64,000 nt of DNA from Nitrospirales bacterium. GTDB taxonomy: Bacteria; Nitrospirota; Nitrospiria; Nitrospirales; UBA8639. Each line of letters starts with the position of its first letter. Positions within the stretch are counted from its first letter, which is position 1. Both the position numbers and the translations under genes were made by a program. Shown here one piece after another: positions 17,914 through 28,292 of this stretch. Where the stretch lies: the NCBI GenBank assembly GCA_029261235.1, contig JAJDBS010000005.1, positions 16,871 through 80,870 on the forward strand. The letters are read 5' to 3'. Below the pieces are notes generated by a model. The model did no database searches and had not been told where the DNA came from. It was given only the letters and a program-made list of their open reading frames with translations.

Positions 17914-19134
17914 ATGAAAAAACGCATTGCCATTCAAGATTTACGACCCGGTATGTATATCACTGGGATGGATCAGTCCTGGTTTCAAACACCCTTTCTC
18001 CGCCATAAATGGCTCGTGAAACGTGATGATGAAATTGCTCTCTTACGGAGCTATGGAATTCAGGACCTCTTCATCGATACGGAAAAAGGGGCGGATGTCG
18101 CTGCGGATTCCGACGGACCGGAGTACTCTCACACTTCTACAATCGCTGACGAGCCCCTCCCACCTCAACATCTGAGCTTCGGACCAAAACCCGAAGAGAT
18201 TGAATCTGCTCGACTACTCCGTGCAGAAGCCATTTCGACATTAGATGTGTTTTTCCGTCAAATGGAATCTTCATCTCAACAGCATCTTACGAATGTCCGT
18301 GCTGTCGTCAGCACTCTCTTAGATGGCCTCTTGGAATATCAAGACGCGATGGTGTCACTGATCCAGATGCGCCGATTTGATGCCAAGCTGGCGACTCATA
18401 GTGTTGACACTGGTGTTCTCGCGATGGCCATTGGACAAGACTATGGCTGCGATCCACAACAGCTTAAGCTTTTAGGACTTGCGGCCATGGTCCATGATAT
18501 CGGCCAACTGCGTTTGCCTCTCAACCTTTTGCGAAAGGTGCAGCCCTATTCTCCTCAGGATCACAAATTGATTCAGGCTCATTGTGACATGGGCGAAGCC
18601 ATGCTCAATCAATTTCCTGATTTCCCTCGAGAATCGAAACAGATCATGTTGCACCATCATGAACGACTGGATGGGTCTGGATACCCAACAGGTCTACGAG
18701 GACATGATCTTTCTGATTTGACACAAATTTTGAGTATTGCTGATACGTATGATGCTCAGATCAGCGGTCGCTGTAGCCAACCACCCGTCCCTCCTTCACG
18801 AGCCTTATCCGAACTCTATCGGGCAGCTGTTGCGGGACAATACGCCACACAATTAGTCCAGCGACTCATTCATCTCTTAGGCGTGTATCCTATTGGTTCG
18901 CTCGTCAGGTTGAACACGGGGGAACAGGCCGTCGTGATCTGGGTCCATAGCCATTCTCGTCTCACTCCTACGATTAAATTGCTCAAAAATTCGTCGGGAG
19001 AGCCAGTTGAAGAACAAGAAATTATTGACCTGTCTTCTCAAACAACTCGCAAGACGTCACGCACAATTCAAGAATCCGTTGACCCCCATGAAGCCGGATG
19101 GGATATGTCCAAGATCTTAGAATCGTTATGGTAA
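17914..19134 (+). CDS. DUF3391 + HD-GYP c-di-GMP phosphodiesterase
   Basis: LRPGMY...SWFQTPFL; VHDIGQ; HHHERLDGSGYP; IADTYDA; GVYPIGSLVRLNTGE. Confidence 0.9.
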   Translation: MKKRIAIQDLRPGMYITGMDQSWFQTPFLRHKWLVKRDDEIALLRSYGIQDLFIDTEKGADVAADSDGPEYSHTSTIADEPLPPQHLSFGPKPEEIESARLLRAEAISTLDVFFRQMESSSQQHLTNVRAVVSTLLDGLLEYQDAMVSLIQMRRFDAKLATHSVDTGVLAMAIGQDYGCDPQQLKLLGLAAMVHDIGQLRLPLNLLRKVQPYSPQDHKLIQAHCDMGEAMLNQFPDFPRESKQIMLHHHERLDGSGYPTGLRGHDLSDLTQILSIADTYDAQISGRCSQPPVPPSRALSELYRAAVAGQYATQLVQRLIHLLGVYPIGSLVRLNTGEQAVVIWVHSHSRLTPTIKLLKNSSGEPVEEQEIIDLSSQTTRKTSRTIQESVDPHEAGWDMSKILESLW

Positions 19135-19174
19135 AAGGCACGCACCCACTGTCCTTTTCTTTCGCTCTAGATCA

Positions 19175-21871
19175 ATGAACCCACAACATCCCTTTCACGA
19201 AATCAGTCAAATGGATCTCCCAAGCCTGACTCAAGCCCTACGTTCATCCCAAGCATTTGTGCATACGCTATTGGATTCTATCCATATTGGTATTTGCCAG
19301 GTGAATCCACAAGGACACATTCTTTCCCTGAACCTAGAGGGTGCGCGAATTCTTCAGCGAACGGAACAATCATGTCTGGGCCAAAATTTCCATGAACATG
19401 CAGGCTGCCTCCATAGTGACCCTCTTACACAAGAACAAGATTGCCCCATTAGCCGAGTCCTTAAAACAGGGCAAGCTATTTGGACACAAAAATTGCTACT
19501 CCGGCGCCCAAGTGGAGAAACACGTTGGGTGGAATACCAATGTACTCTACTCACAGATCCTTACAACCCAGGAGCCTTGTTACTCTTTCGTGATTTAAGT
19601 CACCAACTTCAACAACACGAAGAACATCAACACTTGGCCTCAATGCCTGAGGAAAGCCCGAATCCTATCGTAGAAGTTGACCCTCACGGACGGTTGACCT
19701 ATGCCAACCCAGCCATGATTGCGCTGCTTGACACCTATCGCTTTCGAGAAGATGGAGTCCCACACGTCTTACCCCCCGCCCTCACGCACATTGCACGAGA
19801 ATGCCTAAAATCCATGGCTCCTCTCAAAGGACTCACTGTCGCCATTGACCATCATCACTTTGATTGGACGTTCTCTCCCATACAGGAAAAAGGCCTAGTC
19901 CGGGGGTATGGCATAGACATCACGCATCATGTCCGCGTCAGACATAACCTGACTGAACTTCAATCACAAGATTCCTCGTTTGTCGACTCGGCACATGAAG
20001 GGATCATTTCGGCTGATCTCCACGGCACTATTGTTTCGTGGAATCCTGCAGCCGAAGCAATATTTGGCTTCCAACAGGAAGAGATCATCGGCCAATCAAT
20101 CCTCATGCTTTTAGAAGAAGGCTATCGAGATATTTATCGAAAAAAGTTGGAAGATATTAGCTATGGAGATCCTGAGTCTCACTCCATTCAGCAGCCTTTG
20201 GAATTAACAGGACTTCGCAACAGCGGTGAATCATTTCCCTTAGAAATTTCATTAACCAACTGGAAAGTCGGACTCGATACATATTATGGGTTTACCCTGA
20301 GAGATATTTCAGATCGAAAAGACATTGAGCTCGCCCTCGTGGCAGAAAAAGATCGCTTGGTCACCACCCTGCAATCACTCGATGAAGGAATCCTGACCAC
20401 CGATCGAGAAGGACGTATTACCTTTTTTAATCCTCTGGCAGAACAAATTACGGAATGGTCACATCAGGAAGCAGTCACTCGACCCTTTCAAGAAGTGTTT
20501 CGCTTAAATAACGAGGCCTCCAAAGAGGAAGATAAGTCGGCGTTACAATTTTCTCCTGCGCCCTCTGCCCTGACAGACCCCAATACCCCAATACAACTTA
20601 TTACCAAACACGGCCTTCAACGAACGATCGCCATGCGAGAAACTCCCATTCGCGACCACAGTGGTCACCTGATGGGCACGGTGATCATGTTCCACGATAC
20701 GATCAATCGACAGCGGCAAGAAGATGAACAACAACGCATCAGCAAGCTCAATTCCCTTGGTGTGTTGGCTGGAGGTCTTGCCCATGACTTCAACAACTTG
20801 CTCACCACTATTCTTGGGAATGTCTTTGTTGTGAAATTGCGGATGAAGCCCCATGACCCCCTAGCTCAAAACCTTGAACAAGCCGAGCATGCTTGTCTTC
20901 GTGCCAAGGAACTCACCCAACAACTCCTCACATTTGCCAAAGGTGGCGCGCCCATCAAAACATCTGTCGCCTTGGGAGATCTCCTTAGGAAAAGTGCTAT
21001 TTTTGCATTATCTGGTTCGTCAATTAGTTGTCATTTCGACATTCCCAACGACCTCTCTCCATTGGATGCCGATGCAAGTCAACTGCGCCAAGTGATCCAA
21101 AATATTACCATTAATGCAAGACAGGCTATGCCTCAGAGCGGTCATTTTTCGATTCACGTTGAAAATACCACACTCCATACTCGACCAAGCCTCTCAACAA
21201 TTTCGTTACCTCCTGGAGACTACGTCAAGATATCATTTACGGATCAGGGAATGGGAATTACCGAGCAGGAATTACCTAACATTTTCGATCCATACTTCAC
21301 CACAAAACCCGGTGCATCTGGATTGGGCCTTGCCGCCGCACATAGCATCATTCAGCAACATCATGGACACATCAGTGTCCATTCTGAACGAGGTAAAGGC
21401 TCAACGTTCACCGTGCACCTGCCTTCGGCATATTCTATTGTTGATATTGACCCTCAAGACATTCCGAAAGGACGTGGCCGAATCTTGGTGATGGACGATG
21501 AACAGAGTATCTGCAGGATGGTCGAAGATGCGCTCACTCAATTCGGCTATGAAGTCACAACGACGCGGGATGGCCAAATGGCCATTGATGTGTTTTCCGA
21601 ATGCTTAACCAGTGGAAAGACTTTTGATGCGGTACTCTTAGATCTTACGATACCTGGTGGCATGGGTGGGAAAGAAGCGATTCTACATCTTCGAAAGTTA
21701 GATCCACACCTTAAAGCCCTTGTAACGAGTGGATATTCTGACGATCCCATCATGTCAGATTTCCAAACATACGGTTTTCAAGGCATCTTGGTTAAACCAT
21801 ACAAAATCATCGATCTTGCCAAGACACTAGAATCCTTATGCGCTCAATCTAATGGCAAGACGATTGATTGA
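19175..21871 (+). CDS. Multi-PAS hybrid sensor histidine kinase with receiver (CckA-like)
   Basis: Several PAS domains; H-box AGGLAHDFNNLL; N/G boxes NARQAM, DQGMG, FTTK, GLGL; receiver MDDE...LLDL...KPY. Confidence 0.92.
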   Translation: MNPQHPFHEISQMDLPSLTQALRSSQAFVHTLLDSIHIGICQVNPQGHILSLNLEGARILQRTEQSCLGQNFHEHAGCLHSDPLTQEQDCPISRVLKTGQAIWTQKLLLRRPSGETRWVEYQCTLLTDPYNPGALLLFRDLSHQLQQHEEHQHLASMPEESPNPIVEVDPHGRLTYANPAMIALLDTYRFREDGVPHVLPPALTHIARECLKSMAPLKGLTVAIDHHHFDWTFSPIQEKGLVRGYGIDITHHVRVRHNLTELQSQDSSFVDSAHEGIISADLHGTIVSWNPAAEAIFGFQQEEIIGQSILMLLEEGYRDIYRKKLEDISYGDPESHSIQQPLELTGLRNSGESFPLEISLTNWKVGLDTYYGFTLRDISDRKDIELALVAEKDRLVTTLQSLDEGILTTDREGRITFFNPLAEQITEWSHQEAVTRPFQEVFRLNNEASKEEDKSALQFSPAPSALTDPNTPIQLITKHGLQRTIAMRETPIRDHSGHLMGTVIMFHDTINRQRQEDEQQRISKLNSLGVLAGGLAHDFNNLLTTILGNVFVVKLRMKPHDPLAQNLEQAEHACLRAKELTQQLLTFAKGGAPIKTSVALGDLLRKSAIFALSGSSISCHFDIPNDLSPLDADASQLRQVIQNITINARQAMPQSGHFSIHVENTTLHTRPSLSTISLPPGDYVKISFTDQGMGITEQELPNIFDPYFTTKPGASGLGLAAAHSIIQQHHGHISVHSERGKGSTFTVHLPSAYSIVDIDPQDIPKGRGRILVMDDEQSICRMVEDALTQFGYEVTTTRDGQMAIDVFSECLTSGKTFDAVLLDLTIPGGMGGKEAILHLRKLDPHLKALVTSGYSDDPIMSDFQTYGFQGILVKPYKIIDLAKTLESLCAQSNGKTID

Positions 21872-22126
21872 AGGTTTGCCCAGTAAAGAGCTACGTGACT
21901 CCTTCAGCTCTTCACTTCCTCTACTTTTCAATCAACGCTAAAATACGTATCAGCAGCAATGAGGCCTATGGAGAGACAAGGAGAAGAAGGGACTCCCGCA
22001 CGGAAAGAGAGAGAATTTCTCTCAAAAACGGCAATCTGACAACTTCAAAAGATCTCATATCTTTGCATTTGAGTGAATTATGGAAACTTTGAATTCGATG
22101 AACCTCTCTTCACGCTTTCTTTTCAT

Positions 22127-23122
22127 TTACAAGCATGCTGGGGATTGTCTGATCAATGTTTGTTGTTGAATCATAGGAAGCCTTTGAAGCATCCGATTAC
22201 TGACAGTTAAATTCTCTTTCGCTTTTTCATAAAACGACGGTTGGACTTCAATCGCTTTTTCAAAACACCGCGATGCTCGTGCAAACTTTCCTTTATCAAG
22301 AAAAGCGACTCCCAAGTTATTGTAGGCCTTCGCCGGATCCATCCCGCGAGCATAGGCATCATAAGCCAAGTCATAATCTCCTAAATTCGTCAAGGCCAAA
22401 CCAAGGTTATTGGCAATCTTCTTGTTCCCCCCCCCAGTCTGCAAGGCCTGCTGAAACGTTCTGACAGCATTGTCATACTGCTGATCAAGATAATAGGCCA
22501 TACCCAAGTTATTCAAAATAGCAGGGTGATTCGCTTCTTGCTCCAAAGCCACGTGATAGATATTAATCGCATCTTTATGAGCATTCCGACGATCAGCAAC
22601 AATTCCTAAATAATTGGTGGACGTCCACAAGTCTGAATCATAGAGTAGAGCCGCTTGAAATTCGCGTTCAGCTTCAACATCTTTTTCCATCTTAAGAAGA
22701 GCTCGACCCATCCCTTCATAGGCTGGAGCAAAATTTAAGTCATATTCTAAGATTTCATGGAAATGATCATAGGCTTCCTGAGTTGACCCTTTTTCTAAAT
22801 AAATAACCGCTAATTTATAACGTGCAGCTATACGTTCTGGCTCCAAGTTCAGCACTTTTTCATATTGTTCCTTGGCTGTTTGAAAATTACCTTGCTGAAA
22901 ATGAGCATCTCCCAATTTCTCGTAATCACTTTGTGTCATTTCTGCTGTTAAATCAACTTCAGGCTGAACCTTCGTATCCACTCCCGCTTTTTGTCTTTCT
23001 AAGATTTGCTGATAATGCTCATCTTGAACAGTAAATTTCGATTGCTCTTTGGTGCCACAGGCATTGGATACCAAGAACAAGCCGATTAGACTGAACATCC
23101 ATATTTTATTCATGATCCCCAC
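22127..23122 (-). CDS. TPR lipoprotein, TadD-like pilotin
   Basis: SNAC lipobox-like, multiple TPRs (ILNNLGMAY, AYNNLGVA); last gene of the tad operon. Confidence 0.75.
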   Translation of the reverse strand: MGIMNKIWMFSLIGLFLVSNACGTKEQSKFTVQDEHYQQILERQKAGVDTKVQPEVDLTAEMTQSDYEKLGDAHFQQGNFQTAKEQYEKVLNLEPERIAARYKLAVIYLEKGSTQEAYDHFHEILEYDLNFAPAYEGMGRALLKMEKDVEAEREFQAALLYDSDLWTSTNYLGIVADRRNAHKDAINIYHVALEQEANHPAILNNLGMAYYLDQQYDNAVRTFQQALQTGGGNKKIANNLGLALTNLGDYDLAYDAYARGMDPAKAYNNLGVAFLDKGKFARASRCFEKAIEVQPSFYEKAKENLTVSNRMLQRLPMIQQQTLIRQSPACL

Positions 23123-23260
23123 TCCCTAAAAATGGTTAACAAATTCTTTACCGTTTTTCCCGATGGCCTAAATCTATTTAAAATACAAACTTCAATTGAC
23201 TCCATTGGAAACATTACTAACATTCTCGTACAAATTCACCCTCAAAAATAAAATGAATCG

Positions 23261-24208
23261 TTAGAAAGCTGAAAAATTTTGCATGAGCCGAATCACTCCA
23301 GGGCCTGCAATTACGATCATTAAACTTGGAAAAATAAATAGAATAAGCGGAATCATGAGCTTCACTGCCAACTGCGCAGCCCTTTCTTCGGCTTTCAAGC
23401 GACGAGTCATTCTCATAGAATCAGAATGCACCCGTAATGCTTGCCCAATACTAGTTCCAAATCTGTCAGTTTGAATCAAAAGAGCAACAAGACTTCGAAT
23501 ATCCTCTAAATCTGTTCGTTGAACAAGATTGCGAAGGGCTTGTTCTCGAGAAAGCCCAGCCCGCAACTCAAGGTTGAGCAGACTAAATTCTTCTCCAAGC
23601 TCTTTATGTCCCGCTTTAATTTCTTGACCAACGCGATTCATAGCCTGGTCCAATCCCAAGCCAGCCTCCACACAGACAACCATAAGATCTAATCCATCGG
23701 GAAACCCATCAACGAGTAGCTCTTTTCGTTTTGTGATGGCAGAACTCAGCCACAATTGTGGAGCATAAAACCCGGCAACCATACAGAGTACTAAAATCCC
23801 AGGAAAGGCATATGGGGAGGACATCCCTTTGGTCGCCTCAGTACCAAAAACAAGAAAACCCACCCCAAGGACAACCGCGAGTATGATCCGGGAACCTAGA
23901 AAATTGATTGGAGCCCGAGCACTTCGGTACCCAGCACTCACAAGCTTCTCACGAATATGGGAAACTTGAGCTTGATCTTTTGGCTGACCAACCTTCCCCA
24001 AATGATCCACCACATACTCAAATGCCTGTTGAAAGACACTCGATTTTTTCTCAGGAGCTTTCCCGCTTGATACCTTAGAGGATTCCCCGCTCACTCGGTC
24101 ACCCCAGTCTGACTTTTGTTGTTTGGATTGATAGAATGTATAGACACTCCAACCCAACATCGACATCATGAAGAACACTAAAATACAGATAAGTAGAAGT
24201 GGTTCCAT
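23261..24208 (-). CDS. tadC: Tad pilus inner-membrane platform protein TadC
   Basis: FPDGLDLMVVCVEAGLGLDQA, LIQTDRFGTS, KLMIPLILFIFP. Confidence 0.93.
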   Translation of the reverse strand: MEPLLLICILVFFMMSMLGWSVYTFYQSKQQKSDWGDRVSGESSKVSSGKAPEKKSSVFQQAFEYVVDHLGKVGQPKDQAQVSHIREKLVSAGYRSARAPINFLGSRIILAVVLGVGFLVFGTEATKGMSSPYAFPGILVLCMVAGFYAPQLWLSSAITKRKELLVDGFPDGLDLMVVCVEAGLGLDQAMNRVGQEIKAGHKELGEEFSLLNLELRAGLSREQALRNLVQRTDLEDIRSLVALLIQTDRFGTSIGQALRVHSDSMRMTRRLKAEERAAQLAVKLMIPLILFIFPSLMIVIAGPGVIRLMQNFSAF

Positions 24209-24214
24209 TGACGT

Positions 24215-25210
24215 TTAGACCTTTATGTGAATCATATTTTTCATGACAAATGCCCCAAGTAACATCATGAGACCTCCACCCGCCATCATCATATGCCCGA
24301 TAGGATCTTCAAACAGTAGGGCCATATAGCCTTCATTAAGAACCCACAAGACTCCCGCCATCACAAACGGCAAGGCAATGAGTATGTACGCGGAGATCTT
24401 TCCTTCAGCAGAAAGTGCTTGAACTCGGCCCAATAATTCATATCGTTGCCGGATCAACCGACTAATGGCTTCAATGATTTCGGCTAAATTTCCTCCCGTT
24501 TCTCGTTGAACAGATAACGCCGTGACAAAAAACTTCAAATCGGCACATTCAACACGAGCCGTCAAATTCCCCAGTGCCTCAGGAGTATCAATGCCAAAGG
24601 AGATTTCTTCAACCGTTCGACCGAATTCAGGACCAACCGGATCAGGAAATTCATCACCTACCATTTTCATGCCAACCGAGAAGGCATGACCTGCTCGAAG
24701 CGCGCGCGCCATCAAATCAAGCGCTTCTGGCAATTGTCGCTGAAATGCCGCAAACCGCTTTTTCCTCTTCATCTTCACCGCCATCCAAGGGAGAAAACAC
24801 GCTGCGAGACCTAAGGCCAAAGCCGCGGGCAATCCCCAATCTCTGTATGCCCCAAACAAACCTCCCACCATCCCAAAACAACCGCTCAACAAAAAGAACA
24901 CACCGAGAGGCATTTTGCTATTGGCTTGCTGCAATAACCGCTCTAGGCCACCAAAGTTACTGGCAGAAGTAAGCAAGGCTTGCATCCAGGGAACATCACT
25001 CAGTTTACGTTTGCGTAAGATTTCTTGTTCTCCAGCCTTATCGTCTGCCTGAGCGCGCTTTGACGATCCCCGTAACCGTCGCTTCATCGTCCGTTGATGG
25101 GGACTAACATATTGGTGGTAAAAGAAATACCCACCTTCAATTAGTAAAATCAACGACAGAAAAATTCCAAGACCTATGACAATTGTCATACGCATTCTCC
25201 TACAACACAA
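24215..25210 (-). CDS. tadB: Tad pilus inner-membrane platform protein TadB
   Basis: QLPEALDLMARALRAGH, QRETGGNLAE, ALSAEGKISA. Confidence 0.93.
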   Translation of the reverse strand: MCCRRMRMTIVIGLGIFLSLILLIEGGYFFYHQYVSPHQRTMKRRLRGSSKRAQADDKAGEQEILRKRKLSDVPWMQALLTSASNFGGLERLLQQANSKMPLGVFFLLSGCFGMVGGLFGAYRDWGLPAALALGLAACFLPWMAVKMKRKKRFAAFQRQLPEALDLMARALRAGHAFSVGMKMVGDEFPDPVGPEFGRTVEEISFGIDTPEALGNLTARVECADLKFFVTALSVQRETGGNLAEIIEAISRLIRQRYELLGRVQALSAEGKISAYILIALPFVMAGVLWVLNEGYMALLFEDPIGHMMMAGGGLMMLLGAFVMKNMIHIKV

Positions 25211-25264
25211 AATTCTCGCCTGAGAATAAAATGAGAAGCCCCAAAGATGACGTGTTGCATCTTC

Positions 25265-26593
25265 TTAGACTTCATAGATTTTCTCCGGATCAAAAATACT
25301 CAGATCGCATTCAATTCCCAAAGCCTTAAACCGCTCAACAAATTTAGGACGAACGCCAGTCGCTCGGAAGATTCCATGTACTTTTCTTTCCGCATCAAGT
25401 CCAGTTTGTTGAAAGTTGAAAATTTCCTGTATCGTAATCGTCTCACCCTCCATGCCGACAATTTCTGATATACTGGTCGTTTTCCGTGATCCATCGGATA
25501 ACCGAGTTTGCTGCAATACCACATCAATGGCGGAGCTAATATAATGACGCAACGCCTTCGTCGCTAAATTGAGACCAGCCATGGCTACGAGGGTTTCCAC
25601 ACGGGTCAAACAATCCCGTGGCGTATTGGCATGAATCGTCGTTAATGATCCATCATGACCAGTATTCATCGCTTGAAGCATATCTAAACATTCCCCACTC
25701 CTCACCTCACCCATGACAATCCGATCAGGACGCATGCGCAAACAGTTTTTAACAAGTTCTCGTTGCGACACTTCCCCTCTTCCCTCAACATTGGGCGGTC
25801 GAGTCTCTAAACGAACAACATGGGCCTGGCGTAACTGCAGCTCAGCTGAATCCTCGATTGTCACAATACGTTCATCATCTGGGATGAATCCAGATAATAT
25901 GTTCAAAATCGTCGTTTTTCCACAACCCGTACCACCGGAAATAATAATATTAAGCCGTGCTTCAACAATTCCCCGGAGCAGTTCCGCAATTTCTGGAGTC
26001 ATAGATTTCTTGTCGACCAGATCTTGAATTTCCAGTTTATCTTTGGAAAATTTCCGAATTGAAATAGAGGACCCATCCAACGCTAGCGGGGGAATAATGG
26101 CGTTTACACGAGATCCATCCAACAAACGCGCGTCACACATTGGAGACGATTCATCAATCCGACGTCCAACAGCCGACACAATTTTTTCGATAATTTTTCG
26201 CAAATGACTTTCATCGCGAAATTTCACATCAGTTAATACAAGCTTTCCAGCCCGCTCCACATAAATCTGATCACATCGATTCACCAAAATATCATTCACA
26301 CTTTGATCTTGGACTAATGGTTCTAACGGTCCAAGCCCCATAACCTCATGTTGAATGTCAGAAATGAGAGACTCTCGCTCCTTCATGCTAAGAGGAACGG
26401 ATTCGCTTTCCAGTAACTCCGTCACGAGCTTGTTTAGCTCGGCTTTTAGGAGATCATCATCCAACGATGCAACAATCGTCAGGTCTAATGCATCAATCAC
26501 TTGCCGATGAAGGCGTTCCTTCAGGGGACTGAGATCCATGACTTCTGGTCCAGCACCACCCTCCCCTACATCACTCCACTCGGATTGAAACAT
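25265..26593 (-). CDS. cpaF: Tad pilus assembly ATPase CpaF/TadA
   Basis: GLGPLEPL, GGTGCGKTT, IEDSAEL, LRMRPDRIVMGEVR, AMNTGHDGSLTTIHAN. Confidence 0.96.
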   Translation of the reverse strand: MFQSEWSDVGEGGAGPEVMDLSPLKERLHRQVIDALDLTIVASLDDDLLKAELNKLVTELLESESVPLSMKERESLISDIQHEVMGLGPLEPLVQDQSVNDILVNRCDQIYVERAGKLVLTDVKFRDESHLRKIIEKIVSAVGRRIDESSPMCDARLLDGSRVNAIIPPLALDGSSISIRKFSKDKLEIQDLVDKKSMTPEIAELLRGIVEARLNIIISGGTGCGKTTILNILSGFIPDDERIVTIEDSAELQLRQAHVVRLETRPPNVEGRGEVSQRELVKNCLRMRPDRIVMGEVRSGECLDMLQAMNTGHDGSLTTIHANTPRDCLTRVETLVAMAGLNLATKALRHYISSAIDVVLQQTRLSDGSRKTTSISEIVGMEGETITIQEIFNFQQTGLDAERKVHGIFRATGVRPKFVERFKALGIECDLSIFDPEKIYEV

Positions 26594-26638
26594 AACGTCT
26601 TATTCCTCCTTACATCACAATATTGATCAAAACAACAT

Positions 26639-27898
26639 TCACGTCGCGGGCTGAGTTTGCTTTGATTTAAAAGGACTCAACCAACCAAAAGTAGAAGCTT
26701 TGGCTTGAGGTTTACTTGCTTGATCATCAAAAGAGTAGGCAAAATCCATATACGACTTACCCACGGCTGTTTTCGGAGCCGTATCAATTAATGGTTTCCC
26801 GCTGTTCACTGAATGACTGACGGACGGATAATCATTGGGAACGAGCCAGTGGGCCTTTTGTTTGAGTATTTCTTCCGTCTCCACTAACACATCCTTTTCT
26901 CCTGATAAATAACGATTCATAATTAACCGCAATTTACTCTGAGGAAAGCCGGATCCACGAAGTAATTCCAATATTCGCTTCGTTCGATGCACAACAGGAA
27001 CCATCAACGTCGAAGTCACCAAAATCAAAGAAGCCAATTCCATGGCCTTCTTCGTCGTCAAATCCAACACGTGACCACAATCAAGCACAACATAGTCAAA
27101 ATTGCTTTGAAGCATACGCAATGTGCTTTCGACACAATCTGGACTTAACCGCCCAGTACTCAAGTCATCATAGCCCGATGCAAGAATCTGCAATCCTGAC
27201 TCACACTTTGTAAGAATTCGGAACAAGAACGCTTGATCCACTCTGGATGGATCGGCGGCGATATCACGAAAACTATGGGTCGGTTGAATATCAAGATACA
27301 GTGGGAGATCTCCTCCATGTTGATTCACATCCACTAACACGACCCTAGGTTCACTAGGTAATTTCATCAAGGCTGCCGCCGTATTGACCGCCATGCTAGT
27401 CGTCCCCACACCACCCTTTCCTCCAAAGAATGCCAAGACCTTTCCGTCTTTTTTTATTGGCGCATCGTTCGCAACCGTTGCAGTAGCACGCTCCTGAAAG
27501 CGAGAGAACGCGTCTTCGACTTCCTGCTTCTGTATGGGTTGAGCAAGAAATTCTTTGGCTCCCGAGCGCATCGCCTCTAACAGAATGGCTGAATCCAACT
27601 CGGCGGCAGTCAGAAAGATTTCGGTGCCCCTTGCGGCTTTGACTAGATCTCGAATGACCGAAAACGTCTCCTCCGGATTTTCGTCTAACTCTAGAATCAG
27701 AAGTGAGGGAGGAGTCGTTTCTTTATTATCCTTGAGTTGGAATCCATCTTTTTCTACAACAATCTCTTCAAGAGCCTTCTTGATCTCGGCACTTTGAATG
27801 GACAATTCAACATTAAAGGTCGACTTAGTGGAATCGGCCGTACCAGCAGATGCACGCTTAGGTTTCCAGCTTGACTCGGCCATCCTATTGTCCTCCAC
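26639..27898 (-). CDS. cpaE: CpaE/TadZ receiver-like + MinD/ParA ATPase
   Basis: AMRSGAKEFL, KGGVGTT, FDYVVLD, PNDY. Confidence 0.9.
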   Translation of the reverse strand: MEDNRMAESSWKPKRASAGTADSTKSTFNVELSIQSAEIKKALEEIVVEKDGFQLKDNKETTPPSLLILELDENPEETFSVIRDLVKAARGTEIFLTAAELDSAILLEAMRSGAKEFLAQPIQKQEVEDAFSRFQERATATVANDAPIKKDGKVLAFFGGKGGVGTTSMAVNTAAALMKLPSEPRVVLVDVNQHGGDLPLYLDIQPTHSFRDIAADPSRVDQAFLFRILTKCESGLQILASGYDDLSTGRLSPDCVESTLRMLQSNFDYVVLDCGHVLDLTTKKAMELASLILVTSTLMVPVVHRTKRILELLRGSGFPQSKLRLIMNRYLSGEKDVLVETEEILKQKAHWLVPNDYPSVSHSVNSGKPLIDTAPKTAVGKSYMDFAYSFDDQASKPQAKASTFGWLSPFKSKQTQPAT

Positions 27899-28292
27899 TA
27901 AATATTATGTTGCCACCTCCGCCTTTTTTTTCCTCAAATGGTCCCTTTTCAAATATTTTATGATACCGATTGACAGTATGTTGAGCTGGCAGACCGCCCA
28001 TTCCTTCAAGTGGTTCTAAAGAATTCCCTGCTTGAGGATTTAGTATTTGGCTTTCCTTGGCATAACGGTAGGAATTGCCAAAACCTTCCGTTAAATGGAC
28101 AGGCTGAGTGGCCCAAGGGGAGAGCACTTGATCGCTTTTACCCATGGCTAAAGGGTAACGACCGTTGTCTTCTGTCATACTGGGCCACACACCACAACCA
28201 GTCATTCCTAAACATACAATGCCAATCAACACAACAGCATTCACATAATTTTTCCGTCGCATGAGATTCTCCTTTTTTCTCTTATCACTCAT
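27885..28292 (-). CDS. Small pilus-associated lipoprotein
   Basis: Lipobox MTGC; overlaps both cpaC and cpaE; QILNPQAG motif. Confidence 0.7.
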   Translation of the reverse strand: MSDKRKKENLMRRKNYVNAVVLIGIVCLGMTGCGVWPSMTEDNGRYPLAMGKSDQVLSPWATQPVHLTEGFGNSYRYAKESQILNPQAGNSLEPLEGMGGLPAQHTVNRYHKIFEKGPFEEKKGGGGNIIFSGGQ

